A DNA stretch of 64,000 nucleotides from a virus (IMGVR_UViG_3300029044_000314:88108-152107); one strand, 5' to 3'; shown: positions 38,701 through 47,530, counted from the stretch's first letter. Translations and numbers: made by a program. Notes: generated from the sequence alone by a model not told the origin.

Positions 38701-40942
38701 CAAAATCAAATCCAACGCGAAAGACACGTCCGACGACATCCACCTAGGCATCGGCGCAGACCAGAAGAACGTGGACTACGGTTACGCCAAGCCAGACCCG
38801 AAAGCCACCGTGGACAAAACCGTCACCGGCACCAGTTGCACTGATACGAAATGCGTCATCAACTGGGATGTCAAAGTACAGAATTCTGGCACTAGTCGTT
38901 TTGACACGTCCAGTGTCGTTTCTGACCGTATGAGCGCTGATGTGCATGATGTTTCCGCTACCGCCGGTACGGTTTCCATCGAGTCTGGTGGCGCGAAACA
39001 GGTTGCTACGAGTGGCGACCATAAGTTCGTGCTCACCAATGAGGGCTTGTTGTATGCGTGGGGGAACAACCAGTATGGTCAGCTTGGTTTCAAGCCTGAC
39101 ACGACGAATTCTGCCACTCCAATGAACGTAAACAAGCCGACCATCATCAACGGTAGTTGGCTGAAAGTCGCCGCCGGAGGCAAACACTCCGCCGCCATCA
39201 GCACGGACGGCCACCTGTACACGACCGGTTGGAATGGTAGCGGCCAATTGGGTACGGGTGATACGGACAATCGTGACCAGTGGACGGAAGTCGCTTCAGA
39301 TAAGACATTCATTGACGTGGCATGCGGCAACCAGTTCACCGTCGCCATCGCAAGCGACGGCACTTTGTGGGGTGTTGGAAACGCTGTAAGCTATCAGAAC
39401 TATGCGACTTGGACGCAAATCGGTTCTGATGTCAAGTTCACTCAACTCAGTGCAAGCATGGACGGTTTCATCGCATTGAACACATCCGGCAGATACCTGT
39501 ACTACGGTACAGATGTTCGGGGGCAGGGCGCTGGCGGTTATACGCAAGTCGCCGCCGCGTTCGGTCGAATGTATGCGTTGAAAAATGATGGGACGGTGAT
39601 TCAGGTTGCCACAACCTATGATGACTCTTATTCGCCTAACTTGTCCGGTTTGAAGGACATTGTGAAAATCAGCGGCGGATACAATACCTTGTACGCCATC
39701 GACAAGAACCAGCACTTGTGGTCTATGGGTTGGAATGGTGACGGCCAGTTGGCTAACGGTCAGACCGGTAGTGGCACGTATTGGACGGACGGTTGGACGA
39801 GTGACAATAAGGATATTGTCAACACTCCGTTCGATACGAACATTATTGCATCCGACGTGGCGGGTGGCGACCGTGACGTGCTCATTCTTAGCAAGCAGGT
39901 CATGATTGCGGGCTCCGACCCGTATGGTGACGGTAAGACGGGTGGCGCGCGTTCCACCGGTTTGAAAGGCATGGCCGTATCGTCCGACCCAACCGCCGTA
40001 CCTGTCGAACCATCGAGCGAAACCACTGAGAACGAGTTGACTACCCGCACATACAATCTGCCATACAGCATTAAGCCGGGCGGCTATGTCATCTACCATT
40101 TCACCGGCACCGTTGACCGTGATATTACGGATACGACAAAGTGGGAACTGTCCGATATTGACAAGTGGGTGAAAGAGCATACGAAGACCATTCTCAACCA
40201 AGCATGGTTCGACTCCGAACACACACCATACTCGGGCACGCCACACGCAAGCGGCAAAACCAAGCCGAACACTCCGGACGCTACGAAACTGGATGCCAAC
40301 ACGAATGATGTGACCGGCAATCCGACCTGCCGCACCGACACGGACTATACGGAGGAAGGACGTCAACACTGGTTCAGCACGTCCGATGAGGACTCCTGCG
40401 ACCAAGTCGGCACCATCATCACCCCAACCACAACCGCGAAGAACCTCGGTTCCATCAGCGGCCTATATTGGGACGACACGAACAAGAACGGCATCCAAGA
40501 TGAAGGTGAGAACACGCATTTCGCCGGTCAGACGGTCATTCTGACTGACGAGAACGGCAAACAGTTGGCAACCACCAAGACCGACGAGGATGGCAAGTAC
40601 ATTTTCGAACGTCTGGACGCGAACGGCAACAAATACCGTATCCAATTCACCAAAGTGAACCACCGGGACTTCACCACGCCGGATGCGGGAGACAAGACCC
40701 CTGCGACGGATGGAAGCTCCACTGATTCGGACGCTTACACGGACGAAGACAACAAGCTGACCATCACCCTCACCCAAGATGCTCCAACCAAGGAGCATGT
40801 GGATGCGGGTGTCCTGCCTGAAACATGGTTGGCGACCATGCCGCACACAGGCATGGGATTGCTGTTGCCGCTCCTCATGCTCGTCAGCATCAGCGGACTC
40901 GTCACGGCAATCATCCTCCTACGAAAGAAGGAAGAACAGTGA
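35555..40942 (+). CDS. giant sortase-substrate surface adhesin (RCC1-like beta-propeller + CnaB/SdrD-B repeats)
   Basis: 1795 aa; strong RBS aagaaggaac; signal peptide; RCC1 repeats (YAWGNNQYGQLG, TTGWNGSGQLGTGD, SMGWNGDGQLANG); two CnaB/SdrD-B-type domains (GTVWWDKDEN..., GLYWDDTNKNGIQDEGE...); C-terminal LPETW...MPHTG + TM + RKKEEQ sorting-signal-like end. Confidence 0.8.
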   Translation: MGILKKHVAHPVALLAAIATLSSGLICMTNPVASPKAHADELKPAYATAKIVKKADGTGHGTSSQTFVNSKNGFATGDDSPTDGVVASGDTVEYSLTLNFNAAGKRTINVKFDLDDAPYLQTADGGGFCQPGQLVTAKKNSDGSCSYTVPAGGVETMTQTFYLKAKDTGGLVKPGQIPKIVVAREGGTSTTYRTDELTVVSAPAADLVIDNGGNPVKGQYSYEHRTYWSQNTDATGDFTIRTDALTYPGYSSTKGASTSIDWTTKVDISDFPQGTVWTVGGQRITRNSDKEQYLTVSSGKNGTAATISYRIPAGTDALKNMKEGDVKYYDVHLVPDETVFSVKDDNGNALLNMGKGGEPGWNIGRDKSTYNKDTGARVGYPYANNDWSRAIIQRLKPTPAGKIPLFGKGLQRPNTASKTMFDKENLTFDAAEGKADIYHYYSDGSGDTVSRGTQVKTILEMYAANVTADKLKNTTPTMQDEWDNTRMRWDGSLEVTQNGAPVSDYKVQWADSKDNWHDGEPSDTDAPNVKKIRVTFNPDTLTLGKGAPNVQVTFNTLAIADVSKGNVEALDTLTAWLTEDDKASVTNWVWIAKPVDPTTSIDISLKAYDGEGNQVYANNSSNHPSGSAVDLTPGMRVDYTVTEQLRTILLSNTSMTPTITVPKPKGLYNPTCDDSFWQMKVDGNNLVFTPRSGKVTPEVDRMGSATLPDLHFSGIVSNLATGTVTASANMSVDVDENGALQAQTIKSNTPSVPFPVSNAETNSGIMRVKTTKAEIGDPLTWEFNVYGKGGGHTGTMDSMLLLPANGDEKYVQDKLVEYERGYSNYHGSYELTQPVTVNMDNSTSTTVYYSTTTGKKSDNPADYEWKTWDELSAIEKKNITAIRLTSTVVASDDKLSYSAVNGTITLIPSDNVKDDKYTLWLGRNYYSDASDKPAGNQPWPDVAKIVSGSISGTVWWDKDENTLIGDGEERIEGVEVTLGKQDSSGGWQTVKTVKTDKDGHYEFDLLHSGTYRTSVKRNTGTSTGDGVQTQVKTYYNKLENVTNTRSWSNKIKSNAKDTSDDIHLGIGADQKNVDYGYAKPDPKATVDKTVTGTSCTDTKCVINWDVKVQNSGTSRFDTSSVVSDRMSADVHDVSATAGTVSIESGGAKQVATSGDHKFVLTNEGLLYAWGNNQYGQLGFKPDTTNSATPMNVNKPTIINGSWLKVAAGGKHSAAISTDGHLYTTGWNGSGQLGTGDTDNRDQWTEVASDKTFIDVACGNQFTVAIASDGTLWGVGNAVSYQNYATWTQIGSDVKFTQLSASMDGFIALNTSGRYLYYGTDVRGQGAGGYTQVAAAFGRMYALKNDGTVIQVATTYDDSYSPNLSGLKDIVKISGGYNTLYAIDKNQHLWSMGWNGDGQLANGQTGSGTYWTDGWTSDNKDIVNTPFDTNIIASDVAGGDRDVLILSKQVMIAGSDPYGDGKTGGARSTGLKGMAVSSDPTAVPVEPSSETTENELTTRTYNLPYSIKPGGYVIYHFTGTVDRDITDTTKWELSDIDKWVKEHTKTILNQAWFDSEHTPYSGTPHASGKTKPNTPDATKLDANTNDVTGNPTCRTDTDYTEEGRQHWFSTSDEDSCDQVGTIITPTTTAKNLGSISGLYWDDTNKNGIQDEGENTHFAGQTVILTDENGKQLATTKTDEDGKYIFERLDANGNKYRIQFTKVNHRDFTTPDAGDKTPATDGSSTDSDAYTDEDNKLTITLTQDAPTKEHVDAGVLPETWLATMPHTGMGLLLPLLMLVSISGLVTAIILLRKKEEQ

Positions 40943-40953
40943 AAGGAACAAGA

Positions 40954-41886
40954 ATGGGCAAACACGCCACCCAATCACACGGGAGCCGTCACATGGTTCG
41001 GCGGCTCCTCGCCACCCTCGCCATCATGAGCGCGGTCTGCGGCGGCTTCCTCACCGGTAGTGCAATAGCCGCCGAACCAGCCAAATGCAATACTGGCGTG
41101 GACAAGGTTTGCTACGCGGGCTATAACGCGGCGGGATTGAAACAGATTGCCGACGATTTAAGCGAGAAAGGCAAAGGAAGCACATACTATGCCGCAATGG
41201 AAAAGAACCTGACCGACGGGGTCAAAGGCACGCTCACCCTATCGGACGGCTCGAACCTCCCATTCCGACTCATCGGCATCCTCCACGACGACAAAGCCGA
41301 CGGAAGTGGACGAAAAGCAGGATTGACGTTCATGGCTTGGAACGCGTTACCGAAAGCGTATGCCATGAACAATAGTCACACCAATAATGGCGGCTGGCGT
41401 GACAGTCTTCTCCGCAATCAGATGAACAATGGTGAAATCTGGAACCAATTCCCAACCGACTTCCAAAACAACGTCACAACCGTGCTGAAACAAACCAACA
41501 ACATGGCCTACGGAAGCACAGTCGGTTCAAGCGCGTCAGCCACGGCAGACAAAGTATGGCTCGTCTCCTACCGTGAACTCGTACCAACCTTATACGATGG
41601 TTGGAAGACCTCTGGTGGTTTCCAAGCGTTGAATCAGGAGGGAAGCCAATACGAGTATTTCCACGGTAAGGTGACAAATAACTGGTCGGGTAATAGCATT
41701 CTCTCCGGCATCTACAAGACCGTTTCCGGTTCCACTCCTCTTGGTGCTTACGTCAACTATTGGTGGGAGCGTTCGCCCGACCCGAACAGCGGCAGCTTTT
41801 TCCTCCAAGTGTACTCGGACGGCGGCCCCAGCTACTACTACGGTGCCAGCTATCGCTACTCCGTTGTCCCCGCTTTCTCCTTCTAA
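40954..41886 (+). CDS. secreted DGR target (variable) protein
   Basis: 310 aa from the ATG after RBS gaaaggaaca; Sec signal peptide MVRRLLATLAIMSAVCGGFLTGSAIA; the last ~50 codons are the VR (…YVNYWWERSPDPNSGSFFLQVYSDGGPSYYYGASYRYSVVP). Confidence 0.75.
   Translation: MGKHATQSHGSRHMVRRLLATLAIMSAVCGGFLTGSAIAAEPAKCNTGVDKVCYAGYNAAGLKQIADDLSEKGKGSTYYAAMEKNLTDGVKGTLTLSDGSNLPFRLIGILHDDKADGSGRKAGLTFMAWNALPKAYAMNNSHTNNGGWRDSLLRNQMNNGEIWNQFPTDFQNNVTTVLKQTNNMAYGSTVGSSASATADKVWLVSYRELVPTLYDGWKTSGGFQALNQEGSQYEYFHGKVTNNWSGNSILSGIYKTVSGSTPLGAYVNYWWERSPDPNSGSFFLQVYSDGGPSYYYGASYRYSVVPAFSF
41719..41872 (+). repeat. DGR variable repeat (VR)
   Basis: 154 bp matching the TR at 42517-42670; about 24 mismatches, all at positions where the TR has A. 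Confidence 0.85.
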
Positions 41887-41898
41887 TCCCCAATCCTT

Positions 41899-41925
41899 GG
41901 GTGGTGGGGTTCATCCCCACCACCC
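41899..41925 (+). promoter_or_regulatory. GC-rich hairpin downstream of the VR (candidate DGR target-recognition stem-loop)
   Basis: ggtggtgggg-ttcat-ccccaccacc, 10-bp stem, about 27 nt after the end of VR homology; no counterpart after the TR. Confidence 0.5.
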
Positions 41926-41958
41926 CTCCAAACTCAAATCTCACACAAAAGGAGTCCT

Positions 41959-42474
41959 ATGACGGTTCCCGCAAGCAAACGTACAAAAGCCAAAAGCGAA
42001 TATGCGAATCAGGCCAGAATCGTGCTCTTGGCTACCAGAAATCTGTTCCGCAAATGGCCTAAAAGCCGTAACTGCATTGAAACCGTGCATGTCATGCATA
42101 TCGCCTACGAAATGTACTCCTCCGCCTACAGTGCCGACATCATTTATGCAAGCACTGTAGAAGAGCATGAGATGAAACTGCAACTGTTGTGCAAGGCCCA
42201 AGGCATGCTGAACTCACTCTCCGGTCTTGTGGACGATTGGATGGAGTTTCCTCCACGGGAAAAAGACTTGGAAGCCTACAGGAAATATCCGGAAGGCGAC
42301 CCCAGATACAATCCCGTCGTCAAGGAGAAGAAATTCGTGAACTATGCGGGAACCCTCTACAAGGCGATGGGCGTGTTCACCGGAGCCGTCAAGTATGAGC
42401 GAGACCAGTTGAAGAAAGCTAAAAACGCCGAGTCGAAAACGAACACTATAATGGATACTCGGGCGCAAGCCTAA
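41959..42474 (+). CDS. DGR accessory protein (Avd-like by position)
   Basis: 171-aa helical basic ORF located between the target gene and the TR, which is the canonical avd position. Confidence 0.4.
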   Translation: MTVPASKRTKAKSEYANQARIVLLATRNLFRKWPKSRNCIETVHVMHIAYEMYSSAYSADIIYASTVEEHEMKLQLLCKAQGMLNSLSGLVDDWMEFPPREKDLEAYRKYPEGDPRYNPVVKEKKFVNYAGTLYKAMGVFTGAVKYERDQLKKAKNAESKTNTIMDTRAQA

Positions 42475-42516
42475 AATATAATTGAACAAAATCGGCCATA
42501 TCCAAACTATGGTGAC

Positions 42517-42670
42517 ACCGTTTCCGGTTCCACTCCTCTTGGTGCTAACAACAACAATTGGTGGGAGCGTTCGCCCGACCCGAACAACAACAACAATTTC
42601 CTCCAAGTGAACTCGAACGGCGACCCCAGCTACAACAACAATGCCAACAATCGCTACTCCGTTGTCCCCG
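42517..42670 (+). repeat. DGR template repeat (TR)
   Basis: Non-coding copy of the VR in which 15 codon positions are AAC/AAT and one is GAC; lies about 200 bp upstream of the RT gene. Confidence 0.85.
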
Positions 42671-42864
42671 ATTCCTCTTACCAAAAACTAACATCAGATA
42701 GGCCAGTAGCCCAATGGGTGAAAGCCTCCCGAAGGGGAAGGGGATATGGTCGAATGCGCGGCCCCTCGAAAAATGGGTTGCGTGTGAAATAGGTTGAGGG
42801 AGATATTAAGACTGTCGGAAACGACGGATACTCGCCCCTTAAGCTGGGCGTCCAACATCATTGC

Positions 42865-44094
42865 ATGTCTTGGGTTGTTGCCGACGACCTGCCCTCAACC
42901 ATTCTTTTCTCTTTCCCTAGTGAAGGAAGCATTAAAATCGTGAATGCGAGTCAAAGACGTAGAAGACGCCAACGCAGACTGCAACAACGCTCGGATGATA
43001 AGTACAGGAAGCTCCACCGTTACATCGACTTCCAACAAACATTCGGATTCGACGCGCTCTACCAAGCCGCAAGAAAATGCAAACGCGGCGTCACATGGAA
43101 AAACACAGTGTTGAACTTCGACAATAGGCGTGCCGTCAACTGTTGGAAACTCGCCCAAGAATTAGAGGACGGCACATACAAGAAGAGAGCGCCAATCCGA
43201 TTCGACATTTCCGAACGAGGCAAACTCCGCCACATCAGCGCGGTATCCTTCCGAGACCGGGTGGTGCAACGCGCCTTATGCGACAACAGTCTCGTCCCCA
43301 TCGTGGAAAGCCAACTGATATACGATAATGCGGCAAGCCTACCGAAACGTGGAACATCGTTCGCCCGAAAACGGTTCGAACTACACTATAAGCGGGCTTT
43401 GGGCAAATGGGAGCATCCGTATGCTGTCATCTTCGACTGTGCCAACTATTTCGGAAGTATCAGCTCCCAACGAGCGTTCGATATGATTTCCACCCTGTAC
43501 CGGAGCATCGCCCGCACCGGACGGGAGAAGCAGGATGTGGAACGGATTCTAACCGTATTGAGAATCTTCGTATTGGACGAACCTCACTTGGGTTTAGGCA
43601 ATCAGACAAGCCAAACCATGGCTATCTGGTATTTGAACAAGGTTGACCACTGGTGCATGTCGCAAGGATTCTACGGACGGTATATGGATGATGCCTACTG
43701 TTTCTGCAAGAATCGTGAACAGGCCGAACGTGTGCTGGCCGGTTACGAGCGGCATGTCAATCAATTGGGATTGCGGTTGAACAAGCGCAAGACCCGCATA
43801 GTGGACTGTCGCACCGGTCAACTCACATTCCTGAAACGCGTATACAGCGTACAGGATGACGGCAGTATTCTTATCCGCATGCACCATAAGGCGTTGCGTG
43901 CAAGCCGACGGCATGCGCGTAACCTTATCCGCTCATATGATGGCGTGCATGTGGGATTGCGGACAGTTCAGGATTCTTGGACGAGCCATGAGAGCACACT
44001 GTCGGGTCTAACTCACCGTCGTGGACTGTGCGCTCGGGAGAAAGCGTGGTATCGGAGGCATTGTGAAATGCGGAAGCTGGCTTTTCACCCGTGA
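42865..44094 (+). CDS. DGR reverse transcriptase
   Basis: 409 aa; RT motifs AVIFDCANYFGSI, DGR-diagnostic LGLGNQTSQ ([ILV]GxxxSQ), catalytic YGRYMDDAYCF (YMDD). Confidence 0.85.
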   Translation: MSWVVADDLPSTILFSFPSEGSIKIVNASQRRRRRQRRLQQRSDDKYRKLHRYIDFQQTFGFDALYQAARKCKRGVTWKNTVLNFDNRRAVNCWKLAQELEDGTYKKRAPIRFDISERGKLRHISAVSFRDRVVQRALCDNSLVPIVESQLIYDNAASLPKRGTSFARKRFELHYKRALGKWEHPYAVIFDCANYFGSISSQRAFDMISTLYRSIARTGREKQDVERILTVLRIFVLDEPHLGLGNQTSQTMAIWYLNKVDHWCMSQGFYGRYMDDAYCFCKNREQAERVLAGYERHVNQLGLRLNKRKTRIVDCRTGQLTFLKRVYSVQDDGSILIRMHHKALRASRRHARNLIRSYDGVHVGLRTVQDSWTSHESTLSGLTHRRGLCAREKAWYRRHCEMRKLAFHP

Positions 44095-44363
44095 TTTCCG
44101 GACTTTCCAGATTGGTGGAGGGGTGTAATCTGCTGGAAGCGGTGGCGCAGAATCTTCCGCTTCCTCAATCGTTTGGATGAGATTTCGTGAGGCTTGGATT
44201 GTATCGTATTTCACTCGGCATGCTTGTCGGCTAGTTTTTCTTCCCAGCTTGGTGTTACACTGGGTTTACTTGCATTTCCTTCCTCGGGACTTCGCCCATG
44301 TGGGGCTTTAGAGGTTATCAGCGCATTGGTCAGAGTATGCCGTTTGAGTGAAAGGAAACTGTC

Positions 44364-44975
44364 ATGGCAGGTTTTGATGATATTACGGTCACTCGCAGTG
44401 ATGTCCGTTTGAAGGTTAAGGCTCCGTATAATCCGTTGTTCGCACGTCGCTCCCGCGCGTTGGGTGGAACGTTTGATGACAAGTTGAAGACTTGGACGTT
44501 CGATATGCGTGTGGAAAGGCTGGTGTTCGAAGCTTTAGACAAATATTTCTGGTGGCATAAGGGCGTGGACGCTGAAAAGCGTGTCACAGTCACCATCGAC
44601 CCCTACGACTACTTGTACGCGTACTCCAAGCAGGATAGCGACATTATCTGGTTCGCTGGTCGAATCCTAGTCGAAAAATATCAGCCCGACCGTCCACCGC
44701 GCATGATGCCGAATGTGGCTCTCGTGGATGGCATGTGGCCTAAAACCGGCTTGTATACGGGGTTGAATCTCAGTCCCGACAAACTCCGATTATTGGTATG
44801 GGATGTTCCCACCAGTTTTCTGGAACGACTGTCGTCCGGCAAGTATGAGTTGTCTGAGCCGGATGGTGACACGTTGACTGCGGTTGACGTTCGTATTCAG
44901 GCTGTGGAGGAACGGTTAGGCCGGTTGAGGGAACTCCGAACCCGACTCGCCTCTAATAGTGAGGATGGTGAATGA
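44364..44975 (+). CDS. hypothetical protein
   Basis: 203-aa ORF. Confidence 0.45.
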   Translation: MAGFDDITVTRSDVRLKVKAPYNPLFARRSRALGGTFDDKLKTWTFDMRVERLVFEALDKYFWWHKGVDAEKRVTVTIDPYDYLYAYSKQDSDIIWFAGRILVEKYQPDRPPRMMPNVALVDGMWPKTGLYTGLNLSPDKLRLLVWDVPTSFLERLSSGKYELSEPDGDTLTAVDVRIQAVEERLGRLRELRTRLASNSEDGE

Positions 44976-45979
44976 TGCTCTCCGTGCCGATTAATGGTCA
45001 AGTCCAGTCGCGTCTCATTCCGCCCACGTTCGTGGAAGACAACATCAGCGACATGTTCAAGGCTGTGGACGCCGGACACAATATCGTCGTGACGGCAGTG
45101 GACGAGTACGGTAATCGAACCAGTATTACCACGCCGGATAATGTGAATCATGACATGCTGGGGCGTCCTCTCGAATTCGCGTCCCATCCCGTACTGATGC
45201 GGAATGTGCGCCGTTGGATGGTTTGGCTGTTGCAAGCGCAATACTGCAAGGATTACAAGTGGGATACGAACAGGCTTGGAGGTTGGATGGAAGTGTTGGG
45301 TTTACCAGCCGACCTTGATATTCCCGTAACGGAGGAACATTTACGCGTGTTGAAGCCTGTGTTTAACAAGGATGATGCCGACCCGTATCGGCTTGTCGCA
45401 CGATACGACAAGCAACATTATGCTTCATGCACCCTCAGCACTCTCATACGGTTAGCCGAACAAACCACGCCGAACTATGCCCTGAACAATCCCGCCCGCT
45501 GGTGTCAAACCGACCGATACCGCAAACTCAGCATCCAACCCAATCCGAAAGAAAACTGGGACGGAATGGACAGGGTACGCGACTGTTGGAGCGGATGCGA
45601 ATGGGCATACCCCGCATTGGAACGCTACTATAATCCGATTCGACTATTACGCGACGAATACCGGCGGGGAGGACTACCTGAAACCTTCCACTATCCAATA
45701 CACACGACAAGAGGAGAATACCGGTTGGCGAAAGGACAAATCAGCCCCCACGCAACAATCCTCCTCAACGGCAAGCCGGTAGGACTCATGTTCAGCGACG
45801 ATTGCGAGGAACCATTCACCGACCGGATACCACCCGAATGGTGCGCCACACCCTTACCGGAAAACTATAAGACCACGCCACTCAACCGAAACATTCCCGT
45901 AAACGGCGAATTCAAACCATCATTCCAGCAAGCCATGCTGGGATTCGTGGAATGGTATGAGAAAACGCACAAGGGATAG
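44972..45979 (+). CDS. hypothetical protein
   Basis: 335-aa ORF, ATGA-coupled to the upstream gene. Confidence 0.45.
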   Translation: MMLSVPINGQVQSRLIPPTFVEDNISDMFKAVDAGHNIVVTAVDEYGNRTSITTPDNVNHDMLGRPLEFASHPVLMRNVRRWMVWLLQAQYCKDYKWDTNRLGGWMEVLGLPADLDIPVTEEHLRVLKPVFNKDDADPYRLVARYDKQHYASCTLSTLIRLAEQTTPNYALNNPARWCQTDRYRKLSIQPNPKENWDGMDRVRDCWSGCEWAYPALERYYNPIRLLRDEYRRGGLPETFHYPIHTTRGEYRLAKGQISPHATILLNGKPVGLMFSDDCEEPFTDRIPPEWCATPLPENYKTTPLNRNIPVNGEFKPSFQQAMLGFVEWYEKTHKG

Positions 45980-45988
45980 CAAAAAGAA

Positions 45989-46014
45989 AAGCCCCTCGAC
46001 TGAGGGGCTTTTTC
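45989..46014 (+). terminator. intrinsic (bidirectional) terminator
   Basis: aagcccctc-gact-gaggggctt followed by tttt; an A-run precedes the hairpin. Confidence 0.7.
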
Positions 46015-46085
46015 AGTAAATGTCACATGGTGTCGGGATTGAATTCTTCCAGCTTGTCCATGCAAACCGCCCAGAACAACAAAAC

Positions 46086-47243
46086 CTAGTTCTCCGAGCG
46101 TTCGCTGATATTCTCCCGCATCTGCAAATAAGCCCCATGCTCACGCAAGTAATCCCGCAAATACGGCATTTTGAAAGCGACTTCACCGTAACCGACCGGC
46201 TCAATCAAATCGTTCTCAATCAGCTTGGTTCTATACACGTTGGCGAACTGTGGCGAACGGTTCAACCGACGGGCGATTTCACCTGTATTCGACACCGTAT
46301 CATCCACCGACATGGCAAGTAGATAGTTCACCGCATGGGATGGCAAGCCATGCAATGCTGGGGCGTGAACCATATCCCCTAGTTTGGCTTGGGCTTTTTC
46401 GATACCCTTGACCGCGTCCTCCTCGGTCACTTGATTCACATGACCGTTGGTTTCGGACATCCGCCAAGCCCAATAGCCCACCAGCTGAATCATGAACGGA
46501 TAACCGTGAGTGGCGTTGGTCAACCGTATCAGCGTTTCCATTCCGGCTTTCTTCTCGCCGCTGAAGGATTCCTCGAACGCCTTCAATACCTTTTCCGTGG
46601 GGACAGACCCCAAATGGTATCGTTCCGCCCGTTGCAGGAAAGTGATGGCATTGTCGGACAGCACGTCGTTCACTGCGGACGGCAGTCCGGCGAAAACGAA
46701 CGCGATGTTCCGTCCTTCCCGGATGAGATGCTGCACTGCGGTGGACAGTGCTCTGATTTCGTCCATGGAACCGGACTGCACCTCATCCAATGTGATGAGG
46801 ATTCCTTGTTTGGTCTCGTTCATTTTGTCCAATCGTTTTCCGACCGCTTGGCGGAGTGTCAGGGAACGTTCCTCATTATGTTCGAGTTCGATTCTCCCTA
46901 AGCTCAGTTCAAGATTCCCGACGTCCCCTTTCAATCCTACTTTGGGCATGTCGTATGCGGATATGCGGGTGGTGTCCTTGCCGGTGAGCGCGTCCACGAG
47001 TCTTCGGGTGAAGCCTTTGTCGGCGCTTTCGTTGTAGATTTGCCAACCTTGTTTTTGGGCGTGCTCTCCCAGTGTGTTCAGCATGACTGTTTTGCCGACT
47101 CCTCTGGCTCCTGTGAGGAACATCAGCCGTCCGGGGCTTCCCACACCGTCTTTCAGCGCATAGTCGAAGTCTTCGATGATTTCTTCTCGTCCGACGAGTA
47201 TCGGTGGGATACGTCCGGCGGTTGGTTTGAATGGGTTGGTCAT
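46086..47243 (-). CDS. AAA-type ATPase with C-terminal winged-helix (archaeal-ATPase/DUF234-like orphan ATPase)
   Basis: Start at the internal ATG 47241-47243 with RBS aaggaaac; Walker A GARGVGKT; C-terminal wHTH-like region; AT-rich promoter region at 47250-47300. Confidence 0.55.
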   Translation of the reverse strand: MTNPFKPTAGRIPPILVGREEIIEDFDYALKDGVGSPGRLMFLTGARGVGKTVMLNTLGEHAQKQGWQIYNESADKGFTRRLVDALTGKDTTRISAYDMPKVGLKGDVGNLELSLGRIELEHNEERSLTLRQAVGKRLDKMNETKQGILITLDEVQSGSMDEIRALSTAVQHLIREGRNIAFVFAGLPSAVNDVLSDNAITFLQRAERYHLGSVPTEKVLKAFEESFSGEKKAGMETLIRLTNATHGYPFMIQLVGYWAWRMSETNGHVNQVTEEDAVKGIEKAQAKLGDMVHAPALHGLPSHAVNYLLAMSVDDTVSNTGEIARRLNRSPQFANVYRTKLIENDLIEPVGYGEVAFKMPYLRDYLREHGAYLQMRENISERSEN

Positions 47244-47480
47244 GTCTGTTTCCTTGATTTTATAATAATTATAATAAGTATAATACTTTAAAAAAGCATG
47301 TACCAAGAGGTTAAGTTCGATAATGGGCGAGCTTTGTCGAGAGTAGAGGTTGACGACCTAAACGGAAGTGGTTTAAAATAGATTCTTGTTTGAGATAAGG
47401 TCACTTTTCTAAAAGGCACTGAGGGACGGTTCCCGTTTCGGTTTCCGTTCCTCTTTTTTGTGTTGTTTTCATACTTGAGG

Positions 47481-47503
47481 TATACTGGAATTGTTCACAC
47501 AGG
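47481..47503 (+). promoter_or_regulatory. conserved 23-bp promoter-like motif
   Basis: tatactggaattgttcacacagg, 28 nt upstream of the ATG at 47531. Confidence 0.55.
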
Positions 47504-47530
47504 AAAAGTCGAAAAACCAAGGAGCAAAAA

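Noticed and set aside
39296-40405. 369-aa minus-strand ORF inside the adhesin gene, and similar long antisense ORFs at 4130..4921, 12992..13822, 28201..28836, 30374..31222 and 31241..32188
   Set aside because: All lie antisense to genes with strong domain evidence and have high-GC antisense amino-acid bias.
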